DNA of 64,000 bases, from NCBI GenBank assembly GCA_022641735.1, contig JALCDQ010000004.1, positions 120,192-184,191 of the forward strand, in the 5' to 3' direction. The stretch's first letter is position 1; each line of letters opens with the position of its first letter. The notes under the pieces are model-generated. The model did no database searches. It was not told the origin of the DNA and saw nothing but the letters and a program-made list of their open reading frames with translations. The DNA is from Prevotella sp. Lineage in GTDB: Bacteria > Bacteroidota > Bacteroidia > Bacteroidales > Bacteroidaceae. Both the position numbers and the translations under genes were made by a program. Of this stretch, positions 51,182 through 61,631 are shown in pieces.

Positions 51182-53790
51182 TATTCTTCATCTTTAATTG
51201 TTATGTTTATCTTTTTTAAATCGCAATTGGCAGAACTGGTTCCATAATAGAGTTCATAATTTCCAGACGTTACTCGCATAGTATTGGAGCCCTCATCAAA
51301 ACACTCAAAAGTGGATGAAGGCAAATCAAATGTTACATTTTCCGTGGAACCTGCATTCAATGTAACACGGCGGAATGCTCTCAACGATTTTATTGTGGCA
51401 TTAGTATCATCTAGTTTATGGACGTAGACTTGTAGTATTTCTACACCATTAAGTTTGCCAGTATTGCTAATGGGTATCGTCAATTTTAAATTTTCTTTTT
51501 TATTGATAACCGTTTTATCTGTTTTAGCATCATCTATTTTAAAAGTAGTATAGCTTAGTCCATAACCAAATGGAAAAAGAGGTGTTTCAGTCATGTACCT
51601 GTATGTACGTCCCTTCATGCTATAATTCTCAAAATCAGGTATCTGCTTTATACTCTTATAAAATGTTATTGGTAGTTTTCCACTTGGGTTATAATCACCA
51701 AAGAGCACATCGGCTATCGCTTGGCCTCCTTTTTCTCCAGCATACCAAGCCTGAAGAATGGCATCGCAATTTTTGGTTTCCGGCTCTAATCCCATACAAG
51801 AACCGGAGCAGTTTACCAATATGATTTTCTTGCCAGCATCCTTTAATGCTTGGATGCAATTACGTTGTGATGAAGGTAACTCAATGTCGGTACGGTCGCC
51901 GCCCTTGAATCCAGGCAATTCTATAGGCATTTCCTCGCCTTCAAGTTGTGACGAAATTCCACCACAAAATATCACTAAATCAACACCTTTCAGCCGTTTC
52001 ACAATATCACCATAGTCCACATTCTTCTCTTTACCGAAAGAGAAACCTAGATTTGCATCGGCAAAATCATTCTGTTGGATGAAAATAAGTTTAATGTCAT
52101 ATTTTTTTCCTGCTTCTACGTGATACGGAATTTTAGATATTGCATGACTCCACGAGTTGTTATGGCGAATAGTATCATCATTTATCTTCAATATATAATT
52201 ACCAATGTAACTAACTTTAAACATCAAATCTTCTGTTTTGGAAGCATCAAATATAGTATGATAAATTGCTGAAAATCCTTTGAGTTTCACATCCTTGGCA
52301 AACTGATGTTGCCCAGTTGTGGTAAGATTCAAGGGCTCTGTATATTGAGAAGTTGTTATAGCGTCACCTTTCTGCTCAGGATTGTTCCAATAAAGAGCAG
52401 AAAGTCCTTTTTTCCCGTCTATATTACATTTAGGCAAATAATTTTCCAAAATCTTATCATCTACAATGTCGCAGCCTTGCATATAAACTATATTATGCTC
52501 TGTAATTTTCTGTTTAATACCCTCAAGAATTGTCACCGTACTGCTCGGTGTACCATTGTAATTCCCCCACATCAACTGCTCATCGTTGGCATTTGGTCCC
52601 ATGACGGCAATTTTTATATTTTTCGGAAGAGGAAGAATCTCATTCTTGTTTTGTAATAATGTCATCGATTGGCGAGCAATTTCAAGAGCTAACTGTTGGT
52701 GCGCTTTCGTGTCAATGTCATTCTTTCTTGTTAACTTAGACCATGGGACAATTGATGGGTCGTCCATTTCGCCCAACTCAAAACGTCCTTTCATGGCACG
52801 AAAAACATGTAAATCTACATCATGTTCGCTTATTAGCCCTCTACGCACTGCGTCTGGTACAGATTTATAAGCGTAGTCGAAGCCACATTCAACATCTGTA
52901 CCTGCCAGCATTGCTTTTGCTGAAGCATGTGTGGCATCTGAAGAGACCTTATGGTTCTGCCATAGATCACTCACTGCACCACAATCTGACACCACCATTC
53001 CTTTGAATCCCCATTCATCACGGAGTATCTGTTGTAACAATCGGGTATTACCACAACAGGGTTCATCATCAAGACGTTGGTAAGCGCACATTACTTCTTT
53101 CACGCCAGCCTGTTGCACCAATGCCTTAAAAGCAGGAAGATATGTTCCCCAAAGGTCGCGCGGACTCACATCATTCAAATTTGCCACGTGGCGACTCCAT
53201 TCAGGACCACTATGTACAGCGAAATGTTTGGCACAAGCATAGAGCTTCCGGTATTTTGCATTATCAGGTCCTTGCAATCCTCTCACTACGGCAATGCCCA
53301 TCATTGACGTTAGATAAGGGTCTTCTCCGTAAGTCTCCTGACCTCTGCCCCATCGTGGGTCACGGAATATATTCACATTTGGCGTCCAAACAGACAGACT
53401 AGTATATTTCTTGTCTTTGTTTCCTGAACGTCGGTTGTCATTATATAATGCACGCATCTCGTCGCTCACGGCAGTATATATCTGTTGCAGCAGGGTGTCA
53501 TTAAATGAAGCTGCCATACCTATCGGCTCAGGAAAGACCGTTACGCCATTATTGTTTGCAATGCCGTGGAGAGCTTCGCTCCACCAATTAAAACTGTTGA
53601 TACCAAGTCGAGGCACAGCTTGTGATTCATCGAGCATTAGACTAGCCTTTTCATCAAGTGTGAGGTGGGATACTAAATCTTTTGCCCTTTCTTCCGCACT
53701 CATAGTTGGGTTGCGGAAAATGTATTCCTGTGAATAAGACATCTGTGCGGAAAGTAATAAAAATATTGAAATGATAAAACACCTATTCAT
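51181..53790 (-). CDS. xyl3A: GH3 beta-xylosidase with PA14 insert and Fn3-like domain
   Basis: WWSEALHG, RDPRWGRGQETYGEDP, KHFAVHSGPE, VVSDCGA nucleophile, LEGEEM and PLFPFGYGLSYT. Confidence 0.9.
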   Translation of the reverse strand: MNRCFIISIFLLLSAQMSYSQEYIFRNPTMSAEERAKDLVSHLTLDEKASLMLDESQAVPRLGINSFNWWSEALHGIANNNGVTVFPEPIGMAASFNDTLLQQIYTAVSDEMRALYNDNRRSGNKDKKYTSLSVWTPNVNIFRDPRWGRGQETYGEDPYLTSMMGIAVVRGLQGPDNAKYRKLYACAKHFAVHSGPEWSRHVANLNDVSPRDLWGTYLPAFKALVQQAGVKEVMCAYQRLDDEPCCGNTRLLQQILRDEWGFKGMVVSDCGAVSDLWQNHKVSSDATHASAKAMLAGTDVECGFDYAYKSVPDAVRRGLISEHDVDLHVFRAMKGRFELGEMDDPSIVPWSKLTRKNDIDTKAHQQLALEIARQSMTLLQNKNEILPLPKNIKIAVMGPNANDEQLMWGNYNGTPSSTVTILEGIKQKITEHNIVYMQGCDIVDDKILENYLPKCNIDGKKGLSALYWNNPEQKGDAITTSQYTEPLNLTTTGQHQFAKDVKLKGFSAIYHTIFDASKTEDLMFKVSYIGNYILKINDDTIRHNNSWSHAISKIPYHVEAGKKYDIKLIFIQQNDFADANLGFSFGKEKNVDYGDIVKRLKGVDLVIFCGGISSQLEGEEMPIELPGFKGGDRTDIELPSSQRNCIQALKDAGKKIILVNCSGSCMGLEPETKNCDAILQAWYAGEKGGQAIADVLFGDYNPSGKLPITFYKSIKQIPDFENYSMKGRTYRYMTETPLFPFGYGLSYTTFKIDDAKTDKTVINKKENLKLTIPISNTGKLNGVEILQVYVHKLDDTNATIKSLRAFRRVTLNAGSTENVTFDLPSSTFECFDEGSNTMRVTSGNYELYYGTSSANCDLKKINITIKDEE

Positions 53791-53834
53791 ATATTTCGAA
53801 TTTATTATAGTTATTATTTAATTGTTTTTACAGG

Positions 53835-53904
53835 TACAAAGATAGTAAATAAAACGATAACAAAACTTCACAAATGTTTCAAAAACTTTTTATCACATAT
53901 CAAA
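53835..53904 (-). promoter_or_regulatory. GH3-GH51 promoter -7 box plus putative HTCS binding site
   Basis: TATCTTTGTA on the minus strand at 53835-53844 and the motif at 53876-53904. Confidence 0.65.
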
Positions 53905-53955
53905 TACGATTATATAGTATAAAATTAAAAATTCGTGGAAATAAATGGTGCAATA

Positions 53956-53989
53956 TTTGGAAGTTAATAATTAAATCGATACATTTGCA
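53956..53989 (+). promoter_or_regulatory. Consensus Bacteroidetes promoter for HTCS
   Basis: TTTG (53956-53959)-N20-TACATTTGCA (53980-53989). Confidence 0.75.
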
Positions 53990-54010
53990 ATCAGTTTAAC
54001 TGAAAGAATC

Positions 54011-57000
54011 ATGAAACCGAAAATACTTACTTTTGTTATTTGTTGTCTGATTGCCACCAACGTGTTTGCGCAAGCAGGTAAACTATTCAATGCCGACCGA
54101 CAACTTTCGAGTAGTCTGATAAACCATATTTTTCAAGACCGCAACGGCTATGTATGGATATGCACCCACAATGGTCTGAGTGTTTACGATGGATATCAAT
54201 TTTTCAAGTTCAATAAAGAGGACAAGAAAAGCGGACTGACGGATAACGTTGTGAATTGTATAGCACAAGGCAACGACGAAAGGCTGTATGTAGGACTGAG
54301 CAATGCACTTCAAGTATTCAGTAATGATTTTTTCAAGAAGATAGATACACGCGACATTTCCAACCATAAGATTGTATGCTATGTGAGTTGCATCTGCCCG
54401 ACTAGGGGTGGCAGTATACTTGTGGGGACATCAGGACACGGTATTTTGAAAATGCACGATGGGGAAACGGCCAGACAGATGGCAGGCCTGGGGCACAAAG
54501 TAGACTTCGTGAGACGAATGACCGAAGATCGCCAAGGAAATATTTGGATAGCCACACAGGATAATGGTATCTGCCGTATCAAAGGAAATAAACTGACAAC
54601 ATACACCACTAATGGCGTAGCCTCTACCTCATTTATGGACATCTGCCAGGACCGCTTTGGTGATATCTATGCCGCTACTATTGACAATGGATTATACAGG
54701 CTGGATCGCATGCACAATGTTTTCGTGCATGTACAGGCATCGGGCAATCTGCCCATAGCCACCATAAAGGCAAGTGGAAATGGAAAAATACTATTAGGCT
54801 GCAATGGTGCGGGACTTTACTTCTACGACCCACAGAATAACATTATGACAGCAAATGGTTTCTATAGCAATGAAATAGACCTCAGCCACAGCAAAGTTTA
54901 TTCCATCATGGAAGATAATTCAGGTAATGTATGGATGGGATTGTTGCAAAAAGGAGTATTCATACAACCAGCACGACAATCAGGGTTTGAATATGTTGGT
55001 TACAAGTCTGGCATTACGAACAGCATCGGTGACGCATGCGTGATGTGTGCCAAATATCTGAAAGACGGCGATCTGTGTGTAGCTACAGACAACAACGGCT
55101 TATATATACTGGATCAGAACAGAAAACTAAAACGGCATTATGCGCCAGGCAATGGCACATCGGGTATTCCCTCAACGATACTTGGCATTGCTGAAGACGC
55201 AAAAGACCGCATTTGGGTGGGGTCGTACATTAACGGTTGCGGATGGGTAGACCGCAGTAGCGGAGCTTATCACCAATTACCTTGCACACGGGGCAAGGCT
55301 ACTAGTGTGTTCGATGTGGCGACAGACCGGAATGATAATTTGTGGATAGGTACGATGGGTGACGGACTGAAAAAAGTGAATCTGAAAACCAATGTCGTGA
55401 CGGAATACAGGAATATGAGAAAAGGCAGCAACGAACTGGCTAACAACTATATTGCACAACTATCATTGTCACTTGACGGCAACAGACTCTACGTGGGAAC
55501 CACCACGGGATTGTGCTGTCTCAATCTGAAAAAAAACAGTTGGCTCAGCACTTTCGGAACCAATCTCATCTTGAAAGGTGATGCCGTGGCAGCCATTAAA
55601 GAAGATCTGAAAGGTAATGTATGGATAGGAACATCCGATGGATTATCCCGTATCAGTGCGGATAAACGGCATTTCAAGAAATACACAGAGGATGATGGAC
55701 TAGCAGGAAACAGTGTCGCATCAATAGAAACTGACCATGAAGGAAGAATCTGGATTAGCACTAACCATGGTATGAGTTGTCTGACACCCACTAACAACAA
55801 AATAGTAAATTACTATGCTGGTGATGGATTGCAGGATAATGAATTCTCAGAAGGTGTCTCATCCAGCGATGCCAATGGCAACATGGTATTCGGAGGAATG
55901 GGAGGTGTTTCGGTTTTCAATCCGATGAAAATGCGCCAACAACGGAAACATTTATCCATCTGTCTCACCAATTTTGCTATTGGTGGTGAAAGTGTAGTGG
56001 CAGGGATGAAATCGGGAGGTTACATTATCACCGACACTACTGCCATGTACACTAAAAAATTCGAATTGAACCATCAGGATAACTCGTTTTCGATTAACCT
56101 TTCTACACTCACTTATGACAATCCAGAACGCATCACATTCCTTTATAGTATGAATGGCGAAAAATGGATGCGATTACAACAAGGGAAGAACGATATTACA
56201 TTCAGTCATTTGCCTTCAGGCACGTATAAATTCAGAGTGAAAGCTTTGGACAATGGATTGGAATCCGATGTAAAGGAGTTCACGGTCGTGATACACCCAG
56301 CATGGTATTTCTCAATATGGGCTAAGATTTTCTATTTCTTGATATTAGCTCTGATTGTTATTTGGTATCTACGTATGCGACAACGTAAAGAACAGGATCG
56401 TCTGCGTTTGCAGGAGCACATTCATGCTGAAGAGATGAGCGAGGCAAAACTGCGCTTTTTCATGAATATCAGCCATGAGATTCGTACGCCTATGACACTC
56501 ATTGTAGCTCCGTTACTCTCATTGATAAAAGATGATAAAGACCCACAGAGACAAGGAGTGTACAAAACCATCAAGAGAAATGCCGAACGAATACTTAATC
56601 TGATTAACCAGATGATGGATTTGCGTAAGATAGATAAAGGACAGATGGCTATGAGAATGAGTAAAACGGACCTTATTGCTTTTACGGCCGACATATACAA
56701 TCTTTTCGCCCAACAGGCAAAGACAAAAAGTATAAGCCTGAAATTTGAACACGATAGTGACACTCTGAATGTTTGGATAGACCGAGGCAATTTTGACAAG
56801 GTGTTGATGAATATCCTCTCGAATGCTTTCAAATTTACTTCGTCAGGTGGCGAAATTATCATCCGTATTACCCATGATGAACATAATGCGACCATCATTG
56901 TAAGTGACAATGGAGAAAAAATACCAGAAGACAAACTGGAGAAGATTTTCCAACGGTTTTATCAGACTTCATCTATCACCAATGACCGGCAGGCGGGAAC

Positions 57001-58033
57001 GGGTATTGGACTTGACCTGACACGTTCGCTAGTGGAGCTTCATCACGGCACTATCACTGCTGCCAATAATGCAGACAGCAAAGGATGTTCTTTTACCGTG
57101 ACCATCCCAATGGGATGTGCACATCTGAAACCTGAAGAAATGGCCACAGACGATAACAGCAATACCGACTCACCTCTGTATGGTATAGAAGATATTTCAG
57201 ATGATGAAGAAAATGCCATTATCGAAAAACCTCAACTGCAAACATATAACAAAAAAAGGCCAACGATAGTAATCGTTGAAGATGATACTGAGATACGCAA
57301 TTATCTCAGAGATGAGCTACATGATGAATATACCATTATTGAGTGCAATAATGGACGTGAGGCATTGCCAGTAATATTAAAGGAGATCCCCGCCTTAGTC
57401 ATAAGCGATATTATGATGCCTGAGATGGACGGTAACACTTTGTGTGCAAAAATAAAATCAAATGTGAACACAAACCACATACCAGTAATACTGCTTACTG
57501 CCAAAAGTCGCGATGAGGATAAACTAGAAGGTTTGGAGACAGGTGCTGACGCATATATCATTAAACCGTTCAATATGGACATTCTGCGCAGAACTATCAT
57601 CAATTTGCTCAGTGCCAGAAACTTGTTACGCAACAAATTTACCGGTAACGAGAGCCAAAAAGATAAAACAGACGAAATCAAGGTGAAGTCGCCCAATGAA
57701 AAATTGCTAGAAAGGGTGATGGCTGTGATAAATAAAAATATTGATAATTCAGAACTTAGTGTAGATATGATAGCCGATGAAGTGGGCATCAGTCGTGTAC
57801 ATTTGCACCGTAAAATGAAAGAACTGACTAATCAGACCCCACATGACTTTATACGTAACATACGGCTTAAGCAGGCTGCAAATTTATTAGCCAACCAGCA
57901 TCAAAATGTAACCGAGGTAATGTACGCATGTGGATTTAATAATTCTGCGTCTTTTTCCACAATGTTCAAAAATATGTATGGAGTGTCACCACGTGAATAT
58001 ATGAAAGAACATTTACAGATGATGGATAAATAG
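54011..58033 (+). CDS. Hybrid two-component system regulator (propeller sensor, Y_Y_Y, HisKA, HATPase, REC, AraC)
   Basis: Reg_prop repeats, LPSGTYKFRV, TM, NISHEIRTPMTLI, GTGIGL, ISDIMMPEMDG and AraC HTH. Confidence 0.96.
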   Translation: MKPKILTFVICCLIATNVFAQAGKLFNADRQLSSSLINHIFQDRNGYVWICTHNGLSVYDGYQFFKFNKEDKKSGLTDNVVNCIAQGNDERLYVGLSNALQVFSNDFFKKIDTRDISNHKIVCYVSCICPTRGGSILVGTSGHGILKMHDGETARQMAGLGHKVDFVRRMTEDRQGNIWIATQDNGICRIKGNKLTTYTTNGVASTSFMDICQDRFGDIYAATIDNGLYRLDRMHNVFVHVQASGNLPIATIKASGNGKILLGCNGAGLYFYDPQNNIMTANGFYSNEIDLSHSKVYSIMEDNSGNVWMGLLQKGVFIQPARQSGFEYVGYKSGITNSIGDACVMCAKYLKDGDLCVATDNNGLYILDQNRKLKRHYAPGNGTSGIPSTILGIAEDAKDRIWVGSYINGCGWVDRSSGAYHQLPCTRGKATSVFDVATDRNDNLWIGTMGDGLKKVNLKTNVVTEYRNMRKGSNELANNYIAQLSLSLDGNRLYVGTTTGLCCLNLKKNSWLSTFGTNLILKGDAVAAIKEDLKGNVWIGTSDGLSRISADKRHFKKYTEDDGLAGNSVASIETDHEGRIWISTNHGMSCLTPTNNKIVNYYAGDGLQDNEFSEGVSSSDANGNMVFGGMGGVSVFNPMKMRQQRKHLSICLTNFAIGGESVVAGMKSGGYIITDTTAMYTKKFELNHQDNSFSINLSTLTYDNPERITFLYSMNGEKWMRLQQGKNDITFSHLPSGTYKFRVKALDNGLESDVKEFTVVIHPAWYFSIWAKIFYFLILALIVIWYLRMRQRKEQDRLRLQEHIHAEEMSEAKLRFFMNISHEIRTPMTLIVAPLLSLIKDDKDPQRQGVYKTIKRNAERILNLINQMMDLRKIDKGQMAMRMSKTDLIAFTADIYNLFAQQAKTKSISLKFEHDSDTLNVWIDRGNFDKVLMNILSNAFKFTSSGGEIIIRITHDEHNATIIVSDNGEKIPEDKLEKIFQRFYQTSSITNDRQAGTGIGLDLTRSLVELHHGTITAANNADSKGCSFTVTIPMGCAHLKPEEMATDDNSNTDSPLYGIEDISDDEENAIIEKPQLQTYNKKRPTIVIVEDDTEIRNYLRDELHDEYTIIECNNGREALPVILKEIPALVISDIMMPEMDGNTLCAKIKSNVNTNHIPVILLTAKSRDEDKLEGLETGADAYIIKPFNMDILRRTIINLLSARNLLRNKFTGNESQKDKTDEIKVKSPNEKLLERVMAVINKNIDNSELSVDMIADEVGISRVHLHRKMKELTNQTPHDFIRNIRLKQAANLLANQHQNVTEVMYACGFNNSASFSTMFKNMYGVSPREYMKEHLQMMDK

Positions 58034-58034
58034 A

Positions 58035-58072
58035 CCTCATCGACCTTTTCTTTTTATCAAAGGTCGATGAGG
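58035..58072. terminator. Bidirectional terminator between convergent HTCS and GH43
   Basis: Perfect 14-bp stem CCTCATCGACCTTT / AAAGGTCGATGAGG. Confidence 0.8.
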
Positions 58073-58077
58073 GTTGA

Positions 58078-59643
58078 CTATTTTTTATATTTGAAAAAAT
58101 CTATATCTATGTAGCCACCGGTATTCCGTGTGGTGTAATTGAATATAGCAAATCTTGTCCCCATGAACAGACGTTGAAAATCATATTTCATTTTAAAATC
58201 AACACCTATTTTATTCCATGTCTTTTTATCCGTGCTGTAATAGAAAGTGGCGATGTCTTGTCCTGGCCTGAAATCAGCATCTATACGGAGATATATCTTT
58301 TTTACAAATATTTTTACTCGCCCTTTGTCTAATGTCTCTACACTTTCTATTTTCTTATCTTTGTCTGATAGATTTACTGTTGAAGTCTGCATAATAAGAT
58401 ACCAACAATTCCCTTGTTTGGTAACTGTCAAAAGGCCAGAGTCTCCATTGAATGCTGCAAAACCTGCATAATCTCCTTCCATGACATGTGATATATCCAT
58501 AGCGACAACAGCACTGCATTGAGGCCCTTCCATTCTTTGGGATATTGTGTTAGGTGCTGCGAAAATGTTATCTACTATTCTGCTAGTCTTAAGTCGTAAA
58601 TTACCTCTATGATCTGTTAGCGACCATGCACTATCTATTGGATTGTGATTCCATTGCCAATTAATTTTCAGTTTTTCTCTATTGAAATCATCGCTGACTA
58701 CTAGGGATTGAGATTTGCATCCCTCAACAGGTAACGGCATCAATCCAGGTACATTTCCTTTTTCATCACCTAGAATTGGCCAACCGTCTATCCATCTGCA
58801 TGGAAGTAAATGAAGGACCCTGCCTACTGCACCTCGGTCTTGGAATATCATACCATACCAGTGGCCTCGAGCATCATCTACTATAGTGCCTTGCCCCAAA
58901 TAGGGGAATCCGCCAAACGTACTTTCTAATATTACTTTTTTTTCATAGGGACCTGTTATTTTATCAGAACGGTAACAGACCTCGCGACGCGGTGCATTTA
59001 TAGGCCAAGACACCATGAGTAAATAGTATTTACCTTTATATTTGATGGCTCGGCTTCCCTCTAACAACCCAGTTTCGGTACTGTCGCGTTGAAACAGAAT
59101 AGTATTTACGCCGTCAGTTTTCACACCTGTCAAGTCTTGATTTAACTCCTGCAAACAGCCTGTCCCGCTAAAAACATATACACGTCCGTCATCATCGAAA
59201 AAAAGTGAAGAATCATGAAAATGCTGTATGCGTGAGTGTAGTGTCCAGCCTTTTGTAGGGTCAGTCGTCGTATATACATAGGAATCGCCACCAGGACTGT
59301 CGTTGGGGGCAAACAGAGCATAAAATATACCATTATGATATTTCAATGATGTCGCCCACTGCCCACGACCATAGACAGTCCCCCCCTGCATATCATATTT
59401 AGGCGAATCTTTAAGTTTGTCAAACAGATAACTCACAATTTCCCAATTCACTAAATCTTTGGAACGCATGATAGGTGCACCTGGCATCAAATGCATAGTG
59501 GTGCTTGCCATATAATAATAATTGCCCACACGTATTACATCCGGGTCAGGAACATCTGCCCATATTACTGGATTGTGAAAAAATGAACCGCCATAAGAGT
59601 TGATACTTATAAACAATAAAAAATAGCAAATGTACTTTTTCAT
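58078..59643 (-). CDS. GH43 beta-xylosidase/arabinofuranosidase with C-terminal beta-sandwich
   Basis: NPVIWADVPDPDVIRVG, GQWA, FHDSSLFFDDDG, LLEGS, GQG and WQWNHNP. Confidence 0.92.
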   Translation of the reverse strand: MKKYICYFLLFISINSYGGSFFHNPVIWADVPDPDVIRVGNYYYMASTTMHLMPGAPIMRSKDLVNWEIVSYLFDKLKDSPKYDMQGGTVYGRGQWATSLKYHNGIFYALFAPNDSPGGDSYVYTTTDPTKGWTLHSRIQHFHDSSLFFDDDGRVYVFSGTGCLQELNQDLTGVKTDGVNTILFQRDSTETGLLEGSRAIKYKGKYYLLMVSWPINAPRREVCYRSDKITGPYEKKVILESTFGGFPYLGQGTIVDDARGHWYGMIFQDRGAVGRVLHLLPCRWIDGWPILGDEKGNVPGLMPLPVEGCKSQSLVVSDDFNREKLKINWQWNHNPIDSAWSLTDHRGNLRLKTSRIVDNIFAAPNTISQRMEGPQCSAVVAMDISHVMEGDYAGFAAFNGDSGLLTVTKQGNCWYLIMQTSTVNLSDKDKKIESVETLDKGRVKIFVKKIYLRIDADFRPGQDIATFYYSTDKKTWNKIGVDFKMKYDFQRLFMGTRFAIFNYTTRNTGGYIDIDFFKYKK

Positions 59644-59662
59644 AAAATATTAATTTTTCAAT

Positions 59663-59732
59663 TGCAAAAATAAATATTAATTTATAATGTAATTTACTTT
59701 CATGTAACATGAAAATTGGCTTATGTAACAAT
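59663..59732 (-). promoter_or_regulatory. GH43 promoter -7 box plus putative HTCS binding site
   Basis: TATTTTTGCA on the minus strand at 59663-59672, with ATGTAACA repeated at 59702 and 59723 (21-bp spacing). Confidence 0.7.
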
Positions 59733-59920
59733 ATTGCTTTTAAGTCATTAAATCTCATTCTTAGGATATAAATTGTAAGCAGATATTTGCCAATTTTCAC
59801 TTTAACTTATATAATTCATATCCGCAATAAATCATTTAAGCAAAGATAAAAGATAACTTTTTACAGGGTAAACAATCATTATCAGAAGAATAAAAGACTA
59901 TTGTTTGATGAAGTCAATAA

Positions 59921-60030
59921 GCAAGACGTTTTAAGTTAATTTGTTAGCTATTCATTGATTGTCATTGATTGTTTGCGCCTTGGCAATCACTTACCCAATA
60001 GCAATAGCCACATAGATACATAACCGCTAT
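59921..60030. repeat. Element A, right-end copy
   Basis: Matches about 5425-5530 (GTTTGCGCCTTG.CAATCACTTAC...AATAGCCACATAGATA...AACCGCTA). Confidence 0.8.
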
Positions 60031-60339
60031 ATTTTACCATCATCTATCAACTTTTCCGACTACGATTTTAGTGTATGCTGCAAGCCCCTATATATAAAGG
60101 GCTTGCACTAACGGAGACGTTTTTTATGTAACATATTAAAAATTGGCCCCACATCACAAATCGAATAATTACACGTCCGCAAAAACTAATAATTGCAAGA
60201 ACTTTTTGTGTGGTATTCTCTGTTTTGAAACAAAAGCAAACGTTCCATCCTCCATTTTGAAACGATTTTTATTAAAAGCATCCTCTATTTTGGAACAAAT
60301 AATTATCTTATGCACCATAAATCTTAAGATTTATCGCTT

Positions 60340-60486
60340 ATGTTTGAACGGCAAACAATGACGTACCTGCGTAGGAGCAATCGCAAGCCATTGGTCTTGC
60401 GCGGTGCACGTCAGGTTGGTAAGACCACCGTTATTGATACATTCGGAAAGGAATTCAATAATTATCTCTATTTCAACTCGTTATAG
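60340..60486 (+). pseudogene. Truncated AAA_14/DUF4143-type ATPase
   Basis: MFERQTMTYLRRSNRKPLVLRGARQVGKTTVIDTFGKEFNNYLYFNSL*: Walker A is present but the frame stops after 48 aa. Confidence 0.8.
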
Positions 60487-61631
60487 TCCATGGCGAAGAA
60501 ATCTTTACTTGATATAATCATATTTGCAGATTTACTTATGGTCAGATGAAGATATATGCAGATGAACATATGCACATATACAAGGATGCACAAATAGGCA
60601 TCTACACAGATTTGCGCCGACCTCCAGTTCTGGTACAGCTTCCGTATCATAGCATGTTCATTCTGAACAATTTCGCAGTAAATTTTGTAGATATTGCAGA
60701 GAAGCGGTTCTAACAAGGTTTCCACATAAATATTCTCTTCTCTATATATAATAGATTCTATTTAAAAATGCGAGTTGCGAGCCATTTTCTCAATCCGCCT
60801 TCAGCGGCAAGCGGACCTTGGTAGGACTTCAGGGCCCTCAAGGTACAACTTGCGTCATCTATCGCCACAGGTTGAATGGAATCTGGCAACCATGCAAATA
60901 TATAAAATTTGATTTAAAGAAGGCAAAACGAAGAACCGGCCGTCGATGTTAAAGATAAAAGTAATCGGATGCCTGCCGTCGTGGACAGGACTTCATCAAA
61001 AATGGCAGTTCTGCCATCCATGGCTCCAGACTTCAAAGATAAGTGTATTAAATAAAAAATCCATAACCACTATAACTTGATTTATAAAATCTACACATAT
61101 TTAAATATATTCAGATGTGCATTTGCAAATATGCACATTTCCACATAAAATCCATATTTCAGAATATACTATCTATATCAATAAAAAATGGTCTTGCTCC
61201 TCTCTAATCAGTTGTATTAATAGGAAACAGTCCCTTTCCTTTAAACTTCAGAACTCTTTTCATCTTAATTTTACACAGTAAATAAGTAATTATATTTTGA
61301 CAGAATATTTTTCTAATTGTTGATTATTCGCATAATCAACATAAATCATTATTTGTTGGCGGAATCAAATCAGAGCATATTTTACCCTTCCAAGGGAATT
61401 GTTATTTACGTTGTTAATAAGCCGTAGAAAAGTAAAAACACTGATCCTCCCAATGACTCTGGCAAACAATTATTCTGTTTTTGGCATAATTTCTTATAAA
61501 TATAAATTTGTTATTTAGTTGCGAAAAAACAGTTTTGATTAGCTTCCTCGCCTTTGCAAATAAAATGAATTGAAGAGTCTTGCCACTACAACGTTTAACT
61601 TTTACTTTTTAATTCTCCAACTTCTTTATCC

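Noticed and set aside
60468-60725. 85-aa minus-strand ORF
   Set aside because: GTG start, low-complexity second half and no recognised family. Possibly mobile-element debris but unsupported.
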